From: Xylographa opegraphella | Taxonomy: Eukaryota | Direction: 5' to 3' | Length of the DNA stretch: 64,000 nt | Assembly: GCA_022813865.1 (NCBI GenBank) | Contig: JALDZX010000041.1 | Span: forward strand, 62,001 to 126,000 | Part shown: piece after piece, positions 39,007 to 51,076 of the stretch | Layout: each line of letters starts with the position of its first letter | Numbering within the stretch: position 1 is the stretch's first letter | Made by a program: the position numbers and the translations under genes | The notes under the pieces: model-generated | Databases searched by the model: none | Seen by the model: the letters and a program-made list of their open reading frames with translations, nothing else | What the model was told of the DNA's origin: nothing

Positions 39007-40913
39007 ATGTCTACCGACTCTACGCCAGAGGCTCTACGCTCTGCGATGAAGAGTGGCCCGTCGCTGATGGAAGCTGGCAGCGCGTCCAAATCTAACAACG
39101 AAGCTGTCGGCGGTCCGCCTCTTGCACTTCCACCCGCTTTCAAACCCGGACGAGACTTCCTTTTCGCGTTCATCTCGATTTGTATCATCACGCTGGCGGC
39201 CGCCCTGGATGCCACTTCGCTCAGTATCGCCTTGCCCATCATCACGGGGAAGCTCAACGGGACCGCGATTGAAGCTTTCTGGGCCGGAACGTCGTTTTTG
39301 CTCACTTCGGCCGTCTTTCAGCCCGTGATCGCTGGCTTGAGCCATATCTTTGGGAGGAAGAATTTGGTCATTATTTCTTCGCTGTTTTTCGCAGTGGGGG
39401 CAATCGTCGCCGCTGTGGCGACGAACTTCACCATGATGTATGCTGGAGAAGGTGCTCCCCATTTTGGGCAACACGCTCACACCGTTCTAGGCTTGTGGGA
39501 CGATCCATCCAAGGTATCGGTGGAGGCGGCATATTGACGTTGGGCGAAATCATCATCACCGATCTTGTTCCCCTCGCGGCTCGAGGCAGTAAGTCATGAA
39601 TGGCTTCCTCCACGAACCCGGTGGTAACCTATGTCAGCCTGGTTCGGTTACTTTGGCTCCTGCTGGGCTTTGGGCGCCGTGACTGGCCCGCTGCTTTCTG
39701 GAGCTCTCGCGCAGAATGGGGCATGGCGCTGGATCTTTTGGATCAACCTGCCTATCGTTGGAGTGGGGCTCATTGCCATCCTCGTCTTCTTGAAACTTGA
39801 CAAACTTCCGGGGAAATTATCGACCAAGGTCCGCACATTCGACTGGATTGGTTCCGTGGTCTTCATTGCTTCAACAGTCTCTTTTTTGATCCCTGTGACT
39901 TGGGGTAACTATCTCCGCCGCTTCCCGGGCTTCAGCCATCTTCTCTGACATGGCCAATAGGTGGTGTCATGTACCCCTGGAACTCCTGGCGGACCCTATT
40001 GCCCCTCTTGGTAGGAGTGGCTGGTGTGGTCGGCTTCGGCATATACGAATCGAGGCTCTCGAAGCACGCTTTCGACGCCAACGGCAAACCACTCCCAGGC
40101 GACAACATCGAGCCCATCATCCGCTTCAGCATCTTCACCAACGCGACCCTGATGATCACATACTGCGAAACCATCATCCACGGCATCGTGCTCTGGTCCC
40201 TCCTCTACTTCCTCCCCCTCTACTACGAAGCCGTGCAAGGCTACTCGCCCATCATCGCCGGCGTCGCCATCCTCCCCGAAAGCGGCCTCGTGGCCCCCGT
40301 CTCCATCGTCGCCGCCATCCTGTGCACCGTCACCGGCCGCTACCGCTGGGCGCTCTGGACCGGCTGGACGCTCACCACCGTCGGCTCCGGCCTGCTCTTC
40401 CTGCTGCAGCCGCAGACGCCCATCGCCGGCTGGATCTTCCTCAACGTCCTCGTCTCCCTCGGCACGGGCATCCTCTTCCCCGTCATGGGCCTCGGCGTCC
40501 AGGCCGCCTGCCGCCCGCAGGACTCCGGCCACGCCGCCGCCTTCTTCTCCTTCCTGCGCACCTTCGGCCAGTCCATCGGCGTCGCCATCAGCGGCGTTGC
40601 GTTTCAGAATCAGCTGCGGAAGACACTGCTGACCTATCCCGCCTTCGCCGGGCTTGCGGACGAGTATAGTAAGGATGCTACGGGGTTGGTTAACATCATC
40701 AAGGGCATGCAGGAGGGGCCGCCCAAGGCGGATCTCGTGCGCGCGTATTCGGATAGTTTGAGGGTTATCTGGTTGTTGATGACGGTGATTAGTGCGTCGG
40801 CGTTAGCGTCGAGTTGTTTCACAAAGGAGTTTACGTTGGTGCAGGTGCATGATACGAAGCAGGGGTTTAACAGGGAGAGGATCGGGGATAAGGAGATAAG
40901 GGGGGGAAGGTAG
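39007..40913 (+). CDS. MFS drug:H+ antiporter (14-TM DHA2 type), multi-exon
   Basis: LDATSLSIALP, WAGTSFLL, GRSIQGIGGGG, WRWIFWINLP, FLRTFGQSIGVAI. Confidence 0.93.
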
Positions 40914-41459
40914 TCCTTGGCGGGGCCAGGTGGGGGGATGTGGGGATGTGCTATACGATGACTATGACATGAAAGAGGGCTCTTTGATTCGGAGCTTTGA
41001 TTTCCGGATAGAGATAGGCTCATTGCGTCTTGAGCGTCATGTGACAATAAATCAAGGATACAGCTTGCGACATGTGATTGGGGAAAATAGAATAGAATTT
41101 CATATTGTGCACTCTTGTGCTCCGTGGCTGATATTTAACGTCGTTGCCCACGGCCAAGAAGGCCGATTCTTGCAAGATTTTGCCGATAGACTGTAACACC
41201 GAGACTATGAATTGCACCTCAGCATCGCCTATAAGCGTTGATCTGTACGTGGTCGCCCTTGATCCGCATGTGTCATGCAATGGTTGAGCCTTACTGGCTC
41301 TGCGTAGGTAGATAGGATCGGACATGGGCATAGTCGCCCCAGTCATTTCACCCGGCGTTCTGGTCAGGGTGTCACTGTAGAGAGCTGTTACGGACCAAGG
41401 TATGCGTTACTTTCAAATATTCACATTGAATGCGGAGAGACGAAGTAGCAACACAAGAA

Positions 41460-41994
41460 TCATGTCATCCTCAACGAGCCTTTCCACTTATTGATCTGTC
41501 TCTGAAACCACGACCTCGTCGGCGCTTCCTCCAGCTCTTTTACGAGGTTGTCGTAGTATTGGGGGTTTGATTGTGGCTTCAGGAGGTGGTCGGAAAGGGG
41601 GTACTGGATCGCATCAGTCGTCACATCCACTTTTCACGCATATGGACCTATCCTCAGTACCTGCTTGGTGTAGCGGTTTTCGAGGAATGAGTATAGCACG
41701 TTAACCTGCTCCATCTCCGCCTTCTCATCAAATCGTGCTGGAGCGGGCACCGTAGTGAGTGCATCGTTGGCAATCACGTTTGCGGCGCGGTCTCCCGGCG
41801 AGGGCGAAATTCGGCGATCAATACGTCGTTGCATGGCATTCTGGAAGGAGACGTCGGGGCGGAGGATGTCCTTGGGCCATTGGGCAAGCGCACGCTGGTA
41901 GTGTTTGTATACAACCTAGAAAATCATGCTCAGCTATGTGAAGCACGGTCGGTTTGACCGGGAGCGAGTTGCTGGTACTTACGGACTTTGACAT
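41460..41994 (-). CDS. cbp6: Cytochrome b translation/assembly factor Cbp6 (UQCC2-like), 2 introns
   Basis: Spliced MSKS-VVYKHYQRALAQWPKDILRPDVSFQ...LYSFLENRY..YPLSDHLLKPQSNPQYYDNLVKELEEAP. Confidence 0.75.
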
Positions 41995-42405
41995 TGTGCT
42001 ATGGTGAGTTTGGGATCACCTCGCGGTACATTGCGTTGCAGGGAACGATCAAAGGGGTTCTCGTGCATGTAAGTTGATCATGGAAGCCAATCCTTGACAT
42101 CACCGATCAAACTCCGCTTTTCCCCATTCGGTCAAGCGTCGGAGGCATCTGGGCCGAGCCGGGGCTGAGCGGCGAGTCCAACCCCAACTGCTGCATCGCA
42201 ACCTCATCTTATCATTCCACAGAGCACTTTCGGCTTCTAACCCCAGATCGTGACCTTGTACGACACGTTATTTGTTGCTATACTGCGTGTTCTTTCGACA
42301 AAGATTTACAGTATCCTGCTTTTTGCTGAATTTGACGACAAGTGCCTTCGGCGTTTACATTAGGCAGGCGAGTTCATCAAGGACTCCGAGCCATCAGGCT
42401 CAGCC

Positions 42406-43644
42406 ATGGGTGCTCAACGCTATGAAAAAGTACGTTCACGACAGTATTCTATGCTCGTCGCAACAGGGTCCGAAAGCGTCCGTCATTTATACTAATGACA
42501 TGAATCAGGTACCAGGAAACGATGCCGAAACCCCTTCCACAATAACGCAATCCTACGACTCTCAACTGATACCCTCGTCTCCACCGCCCTCGTTCCGTTC
42601 GCGCGCCTCATCTCCTACTTCTCAGCGCCTCATTCCCCGCGAACAGAGCACCTCGGATGCCGAACGAACATTAGCAGATACCTTTGATGACGGGCAAGCA
42701 TCAGATGATGAAGGCGACAACGAAGGCGATGACAGGCAACGATTGATGCACAGAACAAGTGCTGCTCAGGAAAATGCTGCGACGATTCGGCCGATGACAT
42801 CGCAAACACAGACGACAAGCGGAGGACAGGCCAACTCTGTGATAGCAAACAATCCAGCTCCGTCCGTGCGTGCGGCTTCCACTGGCGCAGCTTATGCCAC
42901 TTTCTCATCTTCGAACGATGGAGTCTTTGCAAATCTTGATGCAAAGCCAGAGCGTGGGGAGAAGACGGAGGATCAGCCACCGGTATGTCCGATATCCCGG
43001 TCTTCGTATCCCGAAACTTGGCTAATCAGAGACAGTCCTACGAACAAGCGGCGGCAGACGCGACACCCCCGTACTGGGAGACGACCATCCTCACGCCGGG
43101 GATGGTATCGGACGAGGTATACGTCGACGGCCTCCCCGTCGGCTCGCTTTTCTCCTTTGTGTGGAACGGCATTATATCGATGTCCTTCCAGCTCGTCGGC
43201 TTCCTCCTCACCTACCTCCTCCACACCACGCACGCGGCCAAGAACGGCTCTCGCGCCGGCCTTGGCATCACGCTCGTCAACTACGGTTTCGTCATGAAGA
43301 GCTCCGCGTCCGCGCGGCGCGGCAACGCCGACCAGCAGTACGGCCCGCCGCCCGATCCCAACAGCCACGACTTCGACCCCTCGACCGTGTCGGACTCGGC
43401 CGCCGCCGCCGTGGCCTCGATGGCGAACGCGCAGGGTGGTCAGGAGGCGGCGGCGGGGCGGGCGGCGTTTGCGAGCGAGTGGATCGCGTACACGCTCATG
43501 ATCGTGGGCTGGTTCCTGTTGATCAAGTCGGTGACGGACTTCATCAAGGCGCGGCGGCACGAGCAGTTGGTGCTGCAGAGCCCGGACCGGGGGTTGAATG
43601 TGCCTGTGGTTGCGGAGGGTGAGGCGGTGGAGACGACGGTGTGA
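42406..43644 (+). CDS. bsd2: Metal homeostasis / Rsp5 adaptor membrane protein Bsd2, 2 introns
   Basis: NDGVFANLDAKPE, PPSYEQAAADATPPYWETTI, DGLPVGSLFSFVWN, HAAKNGSRAGLG. Confidence 0.9.
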
Positions 43645-43954
43645 GGTGGAAGGGTGGGGATGGATGGAATAGGAATGGGGTGGGGATGGGTGGAATAGGG
43701 ATGGGGTGGAGTCGGTAATCGTGATTGTAGTTCTCCGTGTTGTCTTTTGTGCCAAGCCGAGCGTTGGGGGAAGGGGAGGGAAGGGAAGGGAAGGGATTGT
43801 GGGGTACTACGTAGGTAGGTAGGTTACTCGAGCTTAGCCTACTTGCATAATTGGTCTTTGTGTCACTTGTGGTCGATGTGTGTGGTGAGGTTGTGGTGTC
43901 TGGCCTTTGCTGGTCCCTGATGAGCTGGTAAGCTGGTCTTTGGTTCCTGGTTCC

Positions 43955-44165
43955 TGGTCCGTGATCCGTGATCCGTGATCCGTGATCCGTGATTCGTGAT
44001 CTATGTTGCGTGAGGTGGGAGGTGGGAGGTGGGGGGCGGTACTATCTATCATCCCTTACCTCACCTCACCTCACCTACCGTACCTTATCTCCTTACTAGG
44101 CAGCTTATAATCTCATCCCATCCCATCCCATCCCATCCCATCCCCTCCCCTCTATACCAACCATC
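43955..44165. repeat. Simple repeats (CCGTGAT)n, (CCTCA)n, (CATCC)n in the convergent bsd2 / LOV intergenic region
   Basis: Tandem arrays read directly from the sequence. Confidence 0.85.
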
Positions 44166-44982
44166 CCATCCCAACCATACCCCACCAATCTTCCCCTCAA
44201 ACGCGAAAGAAAAGCCGTAGCGTTCCCGTGGCGGGCTATGTAGTGCACGCTCGCATGGGGAGGGTGGGGAGGAGAAGTTGGGGTTTTTGTGCTGGGCTGA
44301 TAAGATGGGCTGATGAGATGGGGCTGGAATAGGTACTGAAAAATAAAACGAAGAGGAGAGGAGAGAAGAAGGGGAGGCCTTTGGCTCACGATGAAGTTTA
44401 CTGTTGGATTGTTGGACTGTTTTACTACGGTACTACACCGTACCTGGCTAGAATTGAGAGCATGCTAGGTAAATACCTAGGTAGGTAAACATCCCGTCCC
44501 ATCTATCACCAATCAGTCGACAGTTCAGCAGGTCGCCAGGTCATCATCGCCAGTTCGCCAGGTCATCCTCGCCAATTGTACAAGTCACTAGGTCGCCAAG
44601 TCTGATGGATCTCAACGGATAATGGCGGTAGTCGTCGTTGGTGATGCTAACGTTTGATATCGTCGACGGGAGGAGATGATTGAGACGAGAGGAAAAGGGA
44701 TAAGATGAGATGAGATGAGAGGAATGACGTCGGCGCCGACCGGGAGTTTTGGAGGTTAGGACGGACGGGGTGGTGCATGGGATGGAAAGGGGGAAGGGGA
44801 TGCGTATGGATGAATAGATATAAATATGGATACGGATACATTGTCTGCATGATCGACGTTGCCTCCCTCTTACTCCTGTGTCTCCATTATCCACCATCCA
44901 ACAACTTCCCTTTCATCCCATCAATTCCCATTTTCCCCTCTACCCACCTCCCTCTCCCCCTCCAAACCCCCTCCCACCCCAA

Positions 44983-46234
44983 TCATCTCCCCACATCCGC
45001 CAAAAAGCCCACAATATAAACTCTCCCCTCCCTGCCCTCCCGCCCCCCACCCCCCCACCTCACCGGCACCGTCGTCAACAGGTTGACAAACCTCTCCCCG
45101 CCCTTCCGATAATTGACCAACGTCGTCTGCGCCTCCTCGAGTGCGTACAGGCGCTGCTTCAGCGCGAAGACGGCGGCGTCGGAGACGTGGGTGCGGCGCA
45201 CGCCCGGCTGGACGGCGCCGTCGGGGGACTGCAGGAACCGGCAGTTCAGGCCGAGGATGTCGGCGGCGGCGTAGCCGGTCAGGCGCTCAAAGGCTTCGGA
45301 GCAGTAGAGGATCGGGTGGTCAGCTTTGGCGGCGTCGCAGAGGAGGAGGGCGCACGAGGCGTCGATGGGGCCGAGGGGGATGCGCGGGTTGGGGCGGAGG
45401 GCGACTGCGACCTGTGGGGGTGAATTAGAGTGTGTGGTGGGAGGTGGAGGGGTGGTGTGAGGTTGTGGATTGGGGGTGTGAGGGAGAGTGAGTTGGAGTG
45501 TGCGGGTGGAGTGGGTGGTGGTGGTGGAGGGAGGTGGGAGGTGGAGGGGTGGTATGAGGTTGTGGGTTGGAGCATGAGAGGGGAAGTGAGGGATGAGACG
45601 GGATGGGAGAGGTGTTGTAGTGGGAGAAAGGTGTGGGATGAGGTGGTAGAGGTGTGGTAGTGGGGAGAAGATGTGGTATGGAGTGGTGATTGGAATATTG
45701 GAAGAAGAGGTGGTGGAAAGACTGACGAGGATGCTCATCATGTCGAAGCCGCTCGGGGCGTAGAGGCCCGGGTAGATGAGGTTGGCGGTGTAGTCCCGCG
45801 GCGGCGCCGGCGACACCGTCTCGGGCGGCGGTGGAGGCACCTCTGTTTCAATCTCGTGCGTCGTCAGCGGGCACGAGGCAGCGGGAGGTGCAGGAGCGGG
45901 AGCGGGACAGGGGGGGCCGTCACGCACCTGCCGCCGGCTGACTCGTGCGCGGACCGATCACGCGGCCTGCGAAACACAATCAGTGGCCGAGCCTCGGGGG
46001 GGTTCGATGGTCTGGATTTGGATATTCCCATCTACCTGAGGCTGAGCGTTTCAAGATGGCACGACCGGGGTTTCGCCGCTCGGGGCTTTGGACGGCGACG
46101 GTGCTCGCTGCTCCATTGGGTGCCTCCGCCGAGATTGCGGTGGCCTCTGTCGGGGACGGGGTTGTAGAGACCGAGGACAGTGTCCCGGTCTGTGGCACGT
46201 GGCTGTCGGCGGCGACGCCGTTTTCGGGAGGCAT
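44983..46234 (-). CDS. vvd: VIVID/ENVOY-like single-LOV blue-light photoreceptor; introns ~45413-45725, ~45844-45927, ~45968-46036; start uncertain
   Basis: YPGLYAPSGFDMMSIL N-cap, RPNPRIPLGPIDASCAL, photoactive GLNCRFLQ, VNYRKGGERFVNLLT. Confidence 0.85.
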
Positions 46235-47930
46235 GCTGGCCCAGGAGCGATGGATGTCGGAGGAATATCTCGATTGGGAGGACAAAAGCTCATCCACCAC
46301 GGACGGTACCCCTCACGAGATGACCGGCCGTTTCGGAGAGGCTGTTGAAAAGGCCACGAGCCTCAGATAGTAAAGGTGAGGCCTGAGACTGCCATGGCCG
46401 GATGGTGAAGACGGTGGCCCTTCTGCTGTGCAGTATGTCAAATGTACTTGACTTCGGAAGCCAGACCGAGATCAAACGTGTGGCTGCTTGGTCCGAGCGG
46501 GGGGAGGGGGCGGACGAGGTCAGGTCGTCGGCGGCCGTTGAAGCTGATAAGCGCTCTCCAATGACGAGGGAACGGGAGTGCGTGGAGTGTGTGAGTGTGT
46601 GCGTGAGGAGGGTGTGGGGGCAGGTGGAAGCGATGCATGTCCTCGAGAGCACATGCACCAGAGCGAAGTTTCGGGACTTCTCCTCTGACCTAAACGTGGG
46701 GTTTTTTCTTTTTTCGGCGGGTCGAGCGTGTGGCAGACGTAGTTAAGGTAGGATAGGGGGGGGCTAAAGGAGGCGTCGACGTAGATAGCTTCATTATCGT
46801 TGTTGTTGTTGTTGCTGGTGTTGCAACTCCCGAGCCTGGTGGCGGTGGAGGGCCCACGATCTCCGGCACTGTCCCGCCGGCGCTCTCGATCGAGGCTGTT
46901 GGTGGAGAGTTTCGCACGTCAAGATGGCGCACATCATTTATTGTTTGATGCAAGCAAGCGAAGGGGCACGATCCGAAGTAATTCTTCCCTTACCTGACCT
47001 AGCTCCGTCATCAGCCCCTGGCCGAAGAATTGTGCCTGATCTGGCGGGCAAAACTGTCGATGGATGGCCCGCTTTCACTCTGGCGTGATGAAGGCTGACC
47101 ATCTTCAAGCTCGGTCGCATCGGTTTCATCTTCTGACTGTTATTCTAAGTATACTGTTCTTCGTAACTCTGCTGTAGCTTCGTCCGGACGAATGCCGTCA
47201 GATGAACGCTTTCTTCTTGCGCGATCAGATCCCGATCTCGCATGCAGGAAAAAGGCTGCGGTGCGCCGTCGCTTGCTCGAGGCCGGCCAATGAGGATGGA
47301 AGGATCACCAACTCCACCAATGACCGTTGGCGAGGTATTACTTCTGTTTCATACACACAATACGGTGTGAGCGACAAACTCTTCATGCTGACAAGGACTG
47401 AAGCTGTTCGAGCTCTGCGGATGGAGTAGAGAGCGTTGACCGAGTCTTCACCGACTGCCATGGGATGAATACATCAGACCCGCAGAGTTGGAATGCAGCA
47501 GGGCGATTATCAGTGGATGGACCCGATCATACCGGATGGAAGACCCTATACCTATCACGTCGCCGAGACCAATTGCAACAAAGGTCCTATGCGCAGTTGA
47601 TGTACACCCTATTGCTCATAAACCATCCTACCAAATTATGACACCGCCACGCTCTTCCGCCGATCTAGACTCGTTCTTCAGACGTCTCTCAGCTGACAAC
47701 CGCAGTATCATCCGCTCCGCCGCCTGCCCGTCCGTTCCGCCTTCAGTGGTCCGTTGCACCACAATAAATCAATTTCTGCAGCCTGCCAACAAGAAGAAAA
47801 CGCTGATGACAACAGATTCCCCAATCATTGCCTGCCCTTTCACGTCAATCTCACAGGAATTCATCGGGATAAAACCCTCAACCTTATACAGGACGCCGTC
47901 TTGGATATACTAGATATCAAAAGGACAGAG

Positions 47931-48070
47931 TCAATTATAGAGTATGTGTCTGATTTATAGAGCATCCGACTAAATTATAGAGTATATGTCTGAACTATAA
48001 AGTATATCACTGAATTAGAGAGTATATGACTAAATTATAGAGTATATATCTAGATTATAGAGTACACGTC
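47931..48070. repeat. AT-rich minisatellite, 7 x 20 bp (consensus ~TAAATTATAGAGTATATGTC)
   Basis: Exact 20-bp period across seven degenerate copies. Confidence 0.9.
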
Positions 48071-49347
48071 AGGCATCAACACTCCAATGCCCGCCGTTCC
48101 TTCCTAGATCAGGAACCCAAAGGCCAAACTTGCTACGCCTGAGAGCCTTGCCGCAGTACTGACCTGTGAAAACCCCTGCTCATACGAATGAATGCTATTG
48201 GTGGAGAAGACCCGATATCACCGAGCCAATCAGGTATGAGGGCAGTTAGGCCTCGAATATGACTGGACGGTGAACGCAGGATGGGCCAGTGAAATGACGC
48301 AGAACACGAAATGTACCTGAGCGAACGAGACAAGGTAGTAAGAACGAAACGGCGTGGGCGGTGACTGGCGGTCCTGTCATTATGGTGAACGACGGGTCAG
48401 CCAGCGTTCGTGACCCCTCCCTGAACGGACTCTGCTGCAGACCACCAACAAGGACCTAGTAAGTACTCCGTACGGCTTCTCGATGTGCTTTTTGATCGAC
48501 GTCGTTTGCGGCGCGTATGGCTGTTGATAGGTCCAGTCGAGCTCCGCTTCCAGGCTCTAGAGCTTCGGGCCACCCCGCAAAAGATGAGCTGCAGAGCTGC
48601 AGAGCTGCAGAACATCCTTCCTGCTGGCCGGCCCCCGCCGTTGCCGCTCGGCATTTCCTCAGCTCGGAGTGACGTCGCATCTCCCAGCGTTGCATTTACT
48701 CTTCGTTCAAACTCCAGTCTGGTCTTCCGCCATCGAAGTGCCATCTGTGGCCCAGGACGATGGAACTCTGCTGCCTCGTACCCGTCGATGACTGATGAAT
48801 GATGGTTGTGCCTCCTTTGCAGAGCCGTACACGCAGCTGTTGTTGCTATCCGATGCCAGTCGCCCATCCCTGTACCCTTGATATGCATTCTGCAAGTGCA
48901 GCTCACCTTGTTCTCTTCTTCTGCTATGGACCATTCAGGTACTGTTCTTCGGTCTGTGCGACCCGCATCCATCCACCTCCGAGCATAGGCAGCGGGCATC
49001 CAGCATATACCCCTGCTTGATGCTGTGGATCCAATTGATCCGACTTTCCTCGCTTTCGCTGACATACGCTGCTTGACGACGGTGGGGACGGACGAGCTAG
49101 ACATCCATCCATTTTGGAACCTGTGAGGCACTGTTTTATCTTCATAGGATATTCCCACGGCTTTGGTCTGAAACGCAGAGCTACATATAGTGGCATTTTC
49201 CATATTCAGGCTCACGTTATCTGATGGTGTGCGCCCACTCATCCTGCTGCATTGAACCTTTCACCGTTCTGTCCTTCCAACCGGTCCCGGTCCTTACTTT
49301 CTACCCAGCGAGCTGTTCAGCCTCTTGTTGAAGAAATCACTCATAGC

Positions 49348-50418
49348 ATGACCCAATCCAGCACCGCCGCTGCCCGAGAAGCTGGACCTGTACCCATCAT
49401 GTCCCAAACCGAGAGTACCCCCAACGCAATCGCCCAAAGTGCCCCTCCTACACCCCCTCGCCTCGATAATAAAGTCGCCCTTATCACAGGCGCCTCCTCT
49501 GGCCTTGGCCGTGCGATCGCTCTGGCCTTCGCCTCTCATGGCACCAAGCTGTAAATACTTGACGCTCCCAGCACCTCTCCTTCATTCCGCCACTCGCAAC
49601 ATGCGCACACGATGACTTGACCCTCCATCCAGCTTGTAAAGCAAAGCTAACTTCACCTTTTGCTCAGCATCGTCTGCGCCGACCTAGTCCCCAGCGCCCG
49701 CGCCGAGATCTCCTCCGAAGCCAGCCAATCCACCCACGACCTGATCTGCGAGCTCCACGGCGCGAACAGAGCCATCTTCGTCCAATGCGACGTCACGCAG
49801 GCCTCGAAGGTCGCAGCCGCCGTCACCGCCGCCGTCACCACCGGCGGGCGCCTGGACATCATGGTCAACAACGCCGGCGTCGGGGTCACGGAGCGGGACG
49901 CCGTCATCCACCTGCTCGACGAGGTGCGGTGGGACGAAGTCATGGCCGTGAACCTGCGCGGCGTCTTCCTCGGCACCAAGTACGCGATCGCGCAGTTTCT
50001 GCGGCAGGACCCGCTCCTCGCACCCCCCAGCGCGGGCTCCCCACCACCACCACCACCGCACCGCGGGTGGATCATCAACCTCAGCAGCATGCTCGGCCAC
50101 GTGGGCATCGTGGGCGGGGCGGCGGCCTACTGCGCCTCCAAGGGCGCCGTGCTCAACCTCACCCGCCAGGTCGCGGTCGAGTACGCCAAGGACCGCATCC
50201 ACTGCAACGCCCTGTGTCCGGGCTTCACGCGCACGGCGATGATGAAGGGCCTCATGGACAGCGAGGCCGTGGCGCCGCTGCTGCTGGGTGCGACGCCGTG
50301 GGGCACGTGGGGCGAGGTCGGGGATGTGGCCAAGGGGGCGGTTTTTTTGGCCAGTGAGGATGCGGCGTGGATTACGGGCATTGGGTTGTCGATTGATGGG
50401 GGGTTTTTGGCGCAGTAG
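49348..50418 (+). CDS. Classical short-chain dehydrogenase/reductase (FabG-like), 1 intron ~49551-49668
   Basis: TGASSGLG, NNAG, YCASKG, NALCPG, IDGG. Confidence 0.92.
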
Positions 50419-51076
50419 ATTGGGTTGGGGGGTGTTTATATCAGTTGGGGGGCGAGGGAGAGGGGGCGGGCCGGGTTGGATTTGCTTCTTGGGTATATCA
50501 GTGACATAGCTAGGCCGGGCAGTTTCACGGTGCAGGCAAGTAGTGTGTTTTGGGGGGAGCAAACAATATGCATGATCTAGATTCTTGGTGTTTGATGATT
50601 TGATGTAAAAAGGGGTATGCCTCGTTTGAGGTTGGTAGGGACTTGTCTGCTTCTCCATGCGGCTATCCGGGCATAGTCCTAGTTGTCGAGGTGAAGTTGG
50701 GGACGGATCATCGTGGTGCAGTGCGATGCTCTTTCGTGGAGTGGTGGACATAGGCCGATGCTGGGTTGGATGTGCTTTTGGGAGCCTGAGGCTTGATGTC
50801 GCTTCGAGGAAAGACGCACTTTTGAGCGCTGGATGTTTTATCGGCCGATGTTTGATACACATCTCGGTAACAAGCGGATAAGCCCTAGGGCAAGGCCAAG
50901 GCTGTGCCTCGGCCTATTAAAAACCTTGGCACCAGTGATCACGCAACACTGAGCCGGGTACCCAGAATGTCTTGCTCGTTCCCTGTTCCTGGCTCCGGAG
51001 ATGCGGCGCTCTGTTTTCGAGCAATGAGGCCTTTACCTGACATCTGTTCCAGCACGAGGTAGGCAAGCCGGCAGTG

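Noticed and set aside
47931..48070. CRISPR-like array
   Set aside because: Repeats are head-to-tail with no unique spacers, no cas genes are present, and the context is eukaryotic.
48397..49242. 281-aa ORF upstream of the SDR
   Set aside because: No recognisable domain or codon bias; probably non-coding.
49684..50862. 392-aa antisense ORF (and similar ones at 55498-56421, 17571-18293, 42973-43755)
   Set aside because: Shadow ORFs produced by high GC3 on the opposite strand of well-supported genes.
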